The notes beneath the pieces were generated by a model, which saw nothing but the letters and a program-made list of their open reading frames with translations, was not told where the DNA came from and did not search any database. This document shows, in pieces, positions 1 through 7,345 of a stretch of 27,644 bases of DNA (position 1 is its first letter; every line of letters starts with the position of its first letter). Source of the stretch: a virus (taxonomy: Duplodnaviria; Caudoviricetes); the IMG/VR virus record IMGVR_UViG_3300023214_000728, positions 1-27,644 of that record; one strand, written 5' to 3'. The position numbers and the translations under genes were made by a program.

Positions 1-303
1 CTAGATTCCAAGCCTATCGAGGCGATAGTAGATCCCTGAGTCCGTTAGTCCCACTTGTTTCGCTGTACGTACTATGGAATGGTGCTTGGATTCACCCATT
101 TCTCTATATCTGAAGTACAACTTCTCTATCGCCATGTCTTCTACCACACGCCAAAGATATGGGCTGTGTTTGCCGCCGAACGATGAACCGAGAATGCGTA
201 TACCGTCCTTTTCTATTTCCGAAAACAGGTCGTCTATCGCAAGCAGTTCGTCTATTCTATTACTGTCCGGCCTCAATCCACGTACTCCCCGACCGCCTCG
301 CAT
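1..303 (-). CDS. Hypothetical protein with possible C-terminal helix-turn-helix (transcription regulator-like)
   Basis: 100-aa ORF co-oriented with the operon, overlapping the upstream gene, TAG stop at 1-3. The C-terminus SIVRTAKQVGLTDSGIYYRL has an HTH-like pattern. Confidence 0.5.
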   Translation of the reverse strand: MRGGRGVRGLRPDSNRIDELLAIDDLFSEIEKDGIRILGSSFGGKHSPYLWRVVEDMAIEKLYFRYREMGESKHHSIVRTAKQVGLTDSGIYYRLDRLGI

Positions 304-815
304 GTCTTGATGTATGCGTCCATTGACCCGAATACGCTGTGGATCTCTCCGGGGTCCGGCATGTCGCCTCTTTCGCTAAGGTCCTCGTCTGTGGGCCAAC
401 GTTCGTTGCGCACCCTGAACCAATATGCTGACGCAATAGCAACGTTCTCTGGGACGGGCACAGGCTTGGTTTCATCCAGAACACGGGTGCGATGTTTGTT
501 CATCAGACCATTCGCTGCATGGATAGACCACGAGAACATCCTGTGATACCTGGCTAACCTGATATTATCGTCGGCAGCTTTGCCATACTTTTGTGGGTCG
601 GGATAGCCGCCTATCCTTCGTTCCATGAGTATATCCGAGGATGTTTTGCCGATAACCTCTGAGCGATCCTCAGTGCGCTCTGCCACAAGGAACTCTGCGT
701 ATACGGGAGCACATTCCTCTTTCGCAAACATCCAGTCTTCGTATGGCGACCATTGCATGAACATGTGCTCTTCGGTTTCCCACATCTCTGGTCGATCACT
801 CTTCATGTACTTCAT
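273..815 (-). CDS. Hypothetical protein with a C-terminal 'homing endonuclease associated repeat'-like motif
   Basis: ATG at 815 is preceded by a GGAGG Shine-Dalgarno (the track start is 842). The C-terminal RWPTDEDL...MPDPGEIHSVFGSMDAY resembles the PT..e......Ps...y...FGSW..A repeat consensus. Confidence 0.6.
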   Translation of the reverse strand: MKYMKSDRPEMWETEEHMFMQWSPYEDWMFAKEECAPVYAEFLVAERTEDRSEVIGKTSSDILMERRIGGYPDPQKYGKAADDNIRLARYHRMFSWSIHAANGLMNKHRTRVLDETKPVPVPENVAIASAYWFRVRNERWPTDEDLSERGDMPDPGEIHSVFGSMDAYIKTCEAVGEYVD

Positions 816-1278
816 TCGTCCTCCAGTATCTTTCGACTGCATCCATGATTGCGTCCTCTTCCAGCCTGCTACCCTTTGCTCTGTTGCACCTACCGCACAT
901 CACCTGTAGGTTCCACATCTTAGCCGGGCCGCCTACACGTCTGGGGATCATGTGGTCTATCGTAACATCGTCAGGATCCAGGTGCTTCCCACACTTTTGA
1001 CACGTACTGTCGTCTCTTTCTGTGACCCTGTTACGCACACTCTTTATAACCTCAGTGCTACCATACATGCAGAACCGCAGGGTGTCCAACAGGTCTTCTT
1101 CGAGTCTTTGTTTTTTGTCGAACACGGAGTGTAAGTCTGAGATCAACCTTCTCTGGCGCTCAGACTCTTTCTCGATGCCCTTGATTTTTTCCCTGATTGT
1201 TTTCAAGGAAGGGCGATCAGATTCGTCCCCATGGTCGGTTGTTCTTTTTCTTTTTCGTCTTGATCTCGGGATCGTCAT
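796..1278 (-). CDS. HNH endonuclease (His-Me finger, Zn-binding) with N-terminal coiled coil
   Basis: RD..CQKCG...TIDHMIPRRVGG...NLQVMCGRCNRAKG is a canonical HNH motif. The gene lies directly downstream of TerL and overlaps it. Confidence 0.92.
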   Translation of the reverse strand: MTIPRSRRKRKRTTDHGDESDRPSLKTIREKIKGIEKESERQRRLISDLHSVFDKKQRLEEDLLDTLRFCMYGSTEVIKSVRNRVTERDDSTCQKCGKHLDPDDVTIDHMIPRRVGGPAKMWNLQVMCGRCNRAKGSRLEEDAIMDAVERYWRTNEVHEE

Positions 1279-3019
1279 TTTGGGTTTTTTTGTCTTCGAC
1301 GTAAGTCAGGTTCTCAAGATCAACCATGCGCCCACCGATAAACGCAAATTTCGGCGGTGGTCCAGGCATATACCTTAATGCAATATGTGACATACCGATC
1401 GCCACCGCAAGGTCTTGACCGCCAAACCTAGGCTCGCCGCGATGTTCCGTGACCCCGTTGATCGAGTCCACGGTGCGAGAATCGCGAATCCTTGGGAATC
1501 TATCTCGCAACACAGATGCTACAGCCAGCTTAAGTTCTGTTGGGTTATTAGACCAACCAGCACGAGAAGACCTGCGGGACCCGTCTGACCTTGTTACATC
1601 TTCATCGTGGTGTACAGAGGTCACAGGATATCCTGCTTGCTTCAGCAGCCCCACAAGGAATGCGTGTCCGTGATTCTGACGTTCAACGATCACATATGCT
1701 GGCGTAGAGGTTGATGTCTTCCATAGCCAACCCAGACCCATGCCCTTGCGTCCGAGCACATCATTAGCTACCACCTCCGGGGCCATATCATTGCGTTCCC
1801 AGCTAAACGCCTGTTCGCCTGTGTCAGCATTGATACCCACGATTGCGGTGCTGTCTGCACCCACACCCTCAGCGGGGTCAACAGCGATTACATATCTTGC
1901 ACCCTTCTTAGGTTCTTCCCAGATGCGGAAGTGTCCGCTCAGAAGATCGCCTTCCCGGTTACCGTATCTTTGTTTCAGCTCACCTGGCGGTATAGGGTCA
2001 CGGGTTTCCTTGTGTGCCTCGTCTATCATGCGCCCATCATAATAGGACGTGCCCGATGCGATAAACGCACCATCCGGGGTGAACGGGTGTTCCTGATACA
2101 CCTTAGAGGCCGAGCGCCCATCGGCGGCCAGTCCTAGCCTCTTGTCACGCCACCAGTGAACCTGTTCCAAGGAGAGGTCGAAACGATCCATTACATCTTT
2201 CTCCTCCTTGGACAGTTCCCCGAACTCGTCTAGGTTCCTGATCGGCAAGGTGTTTGTTGGGTCGCCATACCACGGAAAAAACAGCGGCGTGAACTTCGAC
2301 ATACCCTTCTCTGCCGCTTTCCACATGTCGTAGAACGCCTTGCCGTCGCCGTCTCGCCCATTCGCCGTAGATTCCAGAATGTAGGCACAGTCGTTTCTCT
2401 GGGACTCGGATAGAGACGTGTGCAACTCTGTCAGGTAGCGCACGAAAGCGGCCTCAGACACGTGGATGCGTGCGTGGGTTTGCCCTCTTCCTGTGTTCTT
2501 ACCTGCGTTCTCAGCTTTGTACCACGACCTGAGTAGCGGGAACTCTACGTGGTAGGTTTGGGCAGCGGTCTTGTCGTGTCTGTGGCGTTCCGGCTGGTAC
2601 TCATAGAACCCGGTCACCATACGGAAAATGTCTCGTGTGGCTTCGGGTTCGTGTGCCGTAGTCAGGCATGATGCGTTGCGCTGTGACCAGATCGTGTGAT
2701 AGGACAGCGCCTGTTGTAACGTGGTGACGCCGCCCTTACGGTACTTCAAAATCAGCAACCATGGCTTCTTGCGCTGTCTGCGTACACGCAATTCGGCTGC
2801 AAGGATGCGACGTTGCAGGTTGTTGAGTATAAAGGGCACAAGTTCACCAGCCTTGTTCACAATCTTGATCTGCTGTTTAGCAAACTCAGGGAAGTTTCTT
2901 ATGTCTTTGAGGTATTCTATGCCCTCATAAGCCTTATTCAGTTCCTGGTCTCTTGCAAGCTTACCAAGGTGCTGCATGGCACCAAGGCGCTTGCCTAGAT
3001 CAATGGTAGGCTCTGTCAC
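1217..3019 (-). CDS. terL: Terminase large subunit
   Basis: Adenine-binding region (LVPFILNNLQ), Walker A-like LKYRKGGVTT, GRG motif with Walker B RIHVSEAAF, coupling motif ESTANG, FFPW, and RNase H-like nuclease motifs YVIAVDPAEG..ADST and VIVERQNHG. GTG start. Confidence 0.93.
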   Translation of the reverse strand: MTEPTIDLGKRLGAMQHLGKLARDQELNKAYEGIEYLKDIRNFPEFAKQQIKIVNKAGELVPFILNNLQRRILAAELRVRRQRKKPWLLILKYRKGGVTTLQQALSYHTIWSQRNASCLTTAHEPEATRDIFRMVTGFYEYQPERHRHDKTAAQTYHVEFPLLRSWYKAENAGKNTGRGQTHARIHVSEAAFVRYLTELHTSLSESQRNDCAYILESTANGRDGDGKAFYDMWKAAEKGMSKFTPLFFPWYGDPTNTLPIRNLDEFGELSKEEKDVMDRFDLSLEQVHWWRDKRLGLAADGRSASKVYQEHPFTPDGAFIASGTSYYDGRMIDEAHKETRDPIPPGELKQRYGNREGDLLSGHFRIWEEPKKGARYVIAVDPAEGVGADSTAIVGINADTGEQAFSWERNDMAPEVVANDVLGRKGMGLGWLWKTSTSTPAYVIVERQNHGHAFLVGLLKQAGYPVTSVHHDEDVTRSDGSRRSSRAGWSNNPTELKLAVASVLRDRFPRIRDSRTVDSINGVTEHRGEPRFGGQDLAVAIGMSHIALRYMPGPPPKFAFIGGRMVDLENLTYVEDKKTQNDDPEIKTKKKKNNRPWGRI

Positions 3020-3742
3020 TTATCTACGGTCCATGCCGGGGTACAACAACTTAACCTGGTCAGACTGCCAGAACTCGAATGTCTCCATATCCAGTAGCGA
3101 CAGTTTTCCGTGCCAGCCAGCACCAGTATCCATGTTTGTTACGTCACAGATAGTCCATGGTTCTTCCACATCTAACCCCATCGTGGACGTATGGCCTATG
3201 AACGTATGGTCTACGTGAGGCACAAATTCTGTGGTGTTTCCCACGTGTTGAGATTGCCCAACACATGCGTACCACATAGACCTGTCCCACGTGAGTTCTT
3301 CTGTGCTCAGGCGCGATACATACTCATCACTACACCTGGTTGGTATCCCAGCGTGTACTATAAGGTGTGTTTCATCCCCCACATCAACATACATATAGTC
3401 GCGCAGGTTTCTAGCAAACTTCCTGTGGCGGTCGAACAACGTACCACCCACGCCTTCATATGAGTCTAGCGTGGCTCGCCCGCCCTGTTGCGTCCACACC
3501 CGGGGCGTTGCACCATAATCAAGCCAGCACCTCCACCATACGTCATGGTTGCCGATCACTCCGCAGAAATTCGGCAGGGTTCTCAAGAACTCTATAACCT
3601 CAAACGATTCACTCCAACCGTCTACATAGTCGCCCACCGCATATAGAGTATCGCCGCTAGGGTCGAAGTTGGCTCTATCTAGCACCTGTTCCAGTGCTCT
3701 GTAACCACCATGTATATCACCGACCACCAGTTTCCTAGACAT
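3020..3742 (-). CDS. Metallophosphoesterase, PPP/lambda NinI/ApaH-like (Ser/Thr phosphatase family)
   Basis: Motifs GDIHG, GDYVDG, GNHD, HAG, GHT and DTGAG appear in the canonical order. Confidence 0.93.
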   Translation of the reverse strand: MSRKLVVGDIHGGYRALEQVLDRANFDPSGDTLYAVGDYVDGWSESFEVIEFLRTLPNFCGVIGNHDVWWRCWLDYGATPRVWTQQGGRATLDSYEGVGGTLFDRHRKFARNLRDYMYVDVGDETHLIVHAGIPTRCSDEYVSRLSTEELTWDRSMWYACVGQSQHVGNTTEFVPHVDHTFIGHTSTMGLDVEEPWTICDVTNMDTGAGWHGKLSLLDMETFEFWQSDQVKLLYPGMDRR

Positions 3743-4001
3743 GATCTTCTAGGTACCTTTCCACGGGGTCATATAGCACATCAAATAAAGCCTCCACATC
3801 ATATGAAACGTCGCTGGAATGTGCTATCGTTTTGGCAAACTTTTTCATCCTACGTGCTATGATCTTCTTTCTGGACCCCTTGCTCATGTCACGCATCTCT
3901 GCTACACTCGCCCCGAATCTGCTAACGAGTGCGCTACACAGCGCTTCGTCAGATGAGTCTACAATGTGAGAGTACACACCGATACGCTTAAACGTAGACA
4001 C
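3735..4001 (-). CDS. Hypothetical protein (88 aa)
   Basis: Fills the gap exactly. Its GTG start overlaps the upstream TAG (TAGTG), and its stop overlaps the downstream ATG region. Confidence 0.65.
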   Translation of the reverse strand: MSTFKRIGVYSHIVDSSDEALCSALVSRFGASVAEMRDMSKGSRKKIIARRMKKFAKTIAHSSDVSYDVEALFDVLYDPVERYLEDHV

Positions 4002-4585
4002 TAATCGACCTCCGACAGACGACTCAGGAGGTGTCGGGTTTCTTCCTGTCCAATCTCGGGAACAAGGACAGCCTCGACCTCCTGTATACTTTCTGATTTA
4101 CCGATTGCGTCTATAGCTTCGTGAGACAGATGGTGCACAAGGTGTTCCAGAGAATGTGAGTGCTTGGTTTCTTTGGGTGCATCCAACCCTTCGATGTCCA
4201 CAATCTTGGATATTATCTTCAGCCTCGTGTTCATGAGCCCAGAGATTTCGTTTGGTGATGCGCCGCCCCTCCCCCTTGCTTTTGCGAGTTCGTTTGTCAG
4301 GTCCTGTAGGTCGGATGCCAGAATGTCAAGTATTCGTTCACGTCCGAAGTCGAGGCTGTGGTCCGAACGTATCTCCTCCTCGACGGTCTCGATGTCACGT
4401 TGCAGTGCGTCATAAGACCACAGTATGTTGTCATCTGAGGATTCTATAGCATCTACAACCGTGTTCTTGAAACCGTAACCCTTCTTATACCCCTTGGCGA
4501 ACAGCCAGCGTATTACTTCGCGCCTGAGTTCAGCGTGGTGTCTCTGGTCTTCGCGCTCCAGCTTACTTAGGTCAGCCTCCGGCAA
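4001..4585 (-). CDS. Probable terminase small subunit (HTH + helical oligomerisation region)
   Basis: N-terminal HTH-like segment (WSYDALQRDIETV), helical middle and a LKIISKIVDIEGLDAPKE motif typical of TerS-like proteins. It lies between the ParB genes and TerL. TTG start. Confidence 0.6.
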   Translation of the reverse strand: MPEADLSKLEREDQRHHAELRREVIRWLFAKGYKKGYGFKNTVVDAIESSDDNILWSYDALQRDIETVEEEIRSDHSLDFGRERILDILASDLQDLTNELAKARGRGGASPNEISGLMNTRLKIISKIVDIEGLDAPKETKHSHSLEHLVHHLSHEAIDAIGKSESIQEVEAVLVPEIGQEETRHLLSRLSEVD

Positions 4586-5204
4586 TGTCTACCAACTCCC
4601 CTTTTAGGCGATCAAAGAACTCTCTGACCACATCGTCTTTCGCCATGCCACCCTCGATCTTCATTCTCCCCCATTGATGCAACCGCTCTGCAACGTCCGG
4701 CTGTAGAGAATAGCGTTCGCCGCCAACAATCAGGCTAGGGGCAAACTGTGGCGGTGGCTCAGGTGATGGGGCAGCACGTAGATCGCTGTCAGGAACGATG
4801 GCGTCAGCCTTCATCAGCCCACGCACCTCTGACCGCAACAGGCCCGTAGGGGTAAGGTCTACGTCACGTTCATCTAGCCATACCACAACGTCACGCAACT
4901 TACCCTCGTCCCATTTCCCTGATACCGCATCAGAATACAGCGTGAGGTGTAACGACATAAGCCGCCCCTCGTCCCAGCCTTCAGCGGGCAATATTAGTGC
5001 TTCTACGTATTCATAGCCAAGATCCCTCATGGCATATACATATTCCATGCCCCAGACAACCTCGTTGGCATCTGACACCAGGATTGGCTCAACTTGCCCG
5101 AATGTACTCAAGAACGCCACGCACGAGTCGTGTGTTTCCTGATGGAACTTGCGTGGGGTGCCCGGTAATTCTGTTATGTCATATATAGGCAGAGACTCAA
5201 CCAC
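4572..5204 (-). CDS. ParB/Sulfiredoxin-like domain protein, degenerate
   Basis: TPRKF...FGQVEPILVSDANEVVWGMEY..AMRDLG...GKWDEGKL follows the ParB-N fold pattern, but GHxR is replaced by GMEY. Confidence 0.75.
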   Translation of the reverse strand: MVESLPIYDITELPGTPRKFHQETHDSCVAFLSTFGQVEPILVSDANEVVWGMEYVYAMRDLGYEYVEALILPAEGWDEGRLMSLHLTLYSDAVSGKWDEGKLRDVVVWLDERDVDLTPTGLLRSEVRGLMKADAIVPDSDLRAAPSPEPPPQFAPSLIVGGERYSLQPDVAERLHQWGRMKIEGGMAKDDVVREFFDRLKGELVDIAGG

Positions 5205-5796
5205 CTATAACCCCCTCTGTCGCCATATCAACTACGGCCTCTTCGTCTACACCGATCTGGTCAGAGATCACCATTATGGAAGAAAGAATGTCTTCTGCAA
5301 TGTCTACACCAAGGTTCGCATACATGCCTCTCCAGCCCATTCTACCAAGATCGGATCCGGGAACAAGGTTGGATGGCTTCGCCACGAAGGACTCAAGGCC
5401 AGTCGCACCGCGTAGTTGCGGGTCGTGTATTGCTCCTAGTGCCGCCTCAAGCGCCGTGGGTGACCAGTTCTTCCTGCCTTCCCCTATGCGGTTGAGTGCA
5501 ACGTTCAGGACACGCTCTTTGTCTTCGGGTAGATCTACAAAAACCACCCTCGCGTACTTCTCTTCACCCTCTTGTAGTGATTTCACCCTCTGATGACCGC
5601 CGACGATGTTTCCTGTGCGCTTGTTCACAACCAGCATACGCACCTGACCGAACTCCGCAAGGCTGTTTGAGATCATTTCGAAGTCTGGATCGCCCGGTCG
5701 CAAGTCTTCACGCGGGTTGTAGTCTGCCCCCATGTCTACCAGGTCCGACACCTCTACCAGCGCACATTCCACTAAACCGGCCTCAAGCACTGGCAT
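5197..5796 (-). CDS. ParB/Sulfiredoxin-like N-terminal domain protein
   Basis: ADYNPREDLRPGD...SLAEFGQV..LVVNKRTGNIVGGHQRVK...ERVLNVALNRI is the classic phage ParB-N motif. The exact start is uncertain. Confidence 0.9.
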   Translation of the reverse strand: MPVLEAGLVECALVEVSDLVDMGADYNPREDLRPGDPDFEMISNSLAEFGQVRMLVVNKRTGNIVGGHQRVKSLQEGEEKYARVVFVDLPEDKERVLNVALNRIGEGRKNWSPTALEAALGAIHDPQLRGATGLESFVAKPSNLVPGSDLGRMGWRGMYANLGVDIAEDILSSIMVISDQIGVDEEAVVDMATEGVIGG

Positions 5797-6491
5797 CCGG
5801 GGTAGCTACAATTTTCTTCCTTGGGCTGGACGGCCTGACAGACGCGGTCCTTTGGCGGGACGCTTCCATAGGTTTGACCCATAGTTGGCGGTGACGGTGA
5901 AATGACAGTAGTATACACGTGGGTTCTAGTTTCATCAAACCCTACTGCGTCGGACCCTGAGAAAACCACGTCCGGAGTTTCGTTTTTAATATCGTCAGCC
6001 ACGACACCTTGCCACTCACTGATGTCATCCAAATCCGGCTTGAGCGTTAGTAGCTCATGAAGACACGCTGCGTTCCACAGCGCATGAGCCCAGTGTTCCA
6101 GCCCTGATTTCGGGTCTGTTAATCTACCCCACTGTTGCTTGTGTGGAAGACACGCCTTTAGGTGGCGGTACATGGAGTTCACGAGCGTAGTTGCGCTCTG
6201 GCCCTCATACCAATCTAAGGGTGCATATTTATCAGCACCCCCGGTCGATACGTGGGCCAGTTTTTCTAGCGCACGATCTACGCCCATCTCGTTTATGATG
6301 ACACGACAAACCTCAAGACCCATGTTTGCGATACCTTCTGTATCAGCGTTCAATATTGCGTCGTGTGCTATCATCATGCAATCTGCAATCGGGCCATCGA
6401 ACGTATGGCCCACGAACAGGAGGGGTGCCCAAACCAACTGCGGCTTCCCCTCGGAATAACGAGTCCCGCCGGACTTTTCCGTATTCACCAT
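5772..6491 (-). CDS. DUF5664 / dATP-dGTP diphosphohydrolase N-terminal-like domain protein
   Basis: G.RYSEGKP..., GADKYAPLDW.EG, SMYRHL and DPKSGLEHWAHALWN match this family's pattern. Confidence 0.85.
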   Translation of the reverse strand: MVNTEKSGGTRYSEGKPQLVWAPLLFVGHTFDGPIADCMMIAHDAILNADTEGIANMGLEVCRVIINEMGVDRALEKLAHVSTGGADKYAPLDWYEGQSATTLVNSMYRHLKACLPHKQQWGRLTDPKSGLEHWAHALWNAACLHELLTLKPDLDDISEWQGVVADDIKNETPDVVFSGSDAVGFDETRTHVYTTVISPSPPTMGQTYGSVPPKDRVCQAVQPKEENCSYPGCQCLRPV

Positions 6492-6495
6492 GTGT

Positions 6496-6657
6496 CTACG
6501 CTCCGTATAGCATGATTCCGCCGCCTAGCGATGCCAGCCCGAATACAAGCACAGGACTCACGCTCCATAGGCCAGCCCCAATGGCAAGTACGCCCAAAAC
6601 CTGAAACGTGTTTGCCGTAACGTCCACGATCTTTCTCCTAGTCGTCTTCTTGCTCAT
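6496..6657 (-). CDS. Small two-TM membrane protein (53 aa), absent from the ORF track
   Basis: Hand translation: MSKKTTRRKIVDVTANTFQVLGVLAIGAGLWSVSPVLVFGLASLGGGIMLYGA*. ATGA overlap with the RusA stop, and it ends 4 nt before the next ATG. Confidence 0.75.
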   Translation of the reverse strand: MSKKTTRRKIVDVTANTFQVLGVLAIGAGLWSVSPVLVFGLASLGGGIMLYGA

Positions 6658-7253
6658 TTCCAACCCTTTCCGTTGCGTTCCATTGTGGTATAGTGCCGAG
6701 AGACGGCCATCACCGTCCTCGGGTTCTCTTTATCATGCTCTATGATTGCGACCTTGGCGGTCACCTGGTTGTCATCGTGCCACAGTATGCCATTGGCAGC
6801 GTCCATGACGAACTTCAGCAGGTTGTCCCCATCAACAACGTGCCTGGTTTCTCGATAGAATATACACACGACACACAGCGCCCCGACCCTCGGTTCCTCG
6901 ATCAATGGATCAAGGTACGTCTTCAGTTTTTTCTGTGCGTATCTGGACTTTTTATCCTTATACACACGCCCTTTGCCGAACCTTGGCCTACGCTTCACGG
7001 GGGTTTCATATGGGATCTCCACGGCATAGGGTGACGTGCCCCCACACGCTATTGCGATAGAACGAACCCTCTTAAGGTCGCTTGGCGTTTGCTTGGGCAC
7101 AGGTGACGCCCTTTCACGCTTCTTCTTCGCTACGCGAGAGCGTCTGCGAAACTCGCTGTTGATCCGCTTCACCGTTTCCGGCCCAGACACCCTCCTGAGG
7201 GATAGGAGCTGTGAGTCTGCCATGCCCTGCAAAGAGTCTTCGGTTACAGCCAA
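6654..7253 (-). CDS. rusA: RusA-family Holliday junction resolvase with N-terminal extension
   Basis: P..KRRPRF...Y motif and catalytic DGDNLLKFVMDAANGILWHDDNQV motif. TTG start after a GGGGG SD, or ATG at 7223. Confidence 0.92.
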   Translation of the reverse strand: MAVTEDSLQGMADSQLLSLRRVSGPETVKRINSEFRRRSRVAKKKRERASPVPKQTPSDLKRVRSIAIACGGTSPYAVEIPYETPVKRRPRFGKGRVYKDKKSRYAQKKLKTYLDPLIEEPRVGALCVVCIFYRETRHVVDGDNLLKFVMDAANGILWHDDNQVTAKVAIIEHDKENPRTVMAVSRHYTTMERNGKGWK

Positions 7254-7294
7254 TGTTCCCCCGCTACAGCAATCATTGTTCTGAAATGTAACAT

Positions 7295-7345
7295 GTATGT
7301 CTATGAACTTACACCCCCTTGTTCGAGGTGTGTCTATGAACTCAC
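7295..7345. repeat. Imperfect 18-bp direct repeat (core TGTCTATGAACT x2, 33-bp period) in the dnaB-rusA intergenic region
   Basis: gtatgtctatgaacttac (7295-7312) and gtgtgtctatgaactcac (7328-7345) are identical at 16 of 18 positions. Confidence 0.75.

Noticed and set aside
5772-6491. Z-genome (2-aminoadenine) system
   Set aside because: No purZ, datZ or dedicated polymerase is present in the window, and the domain alone is not diagnostic.
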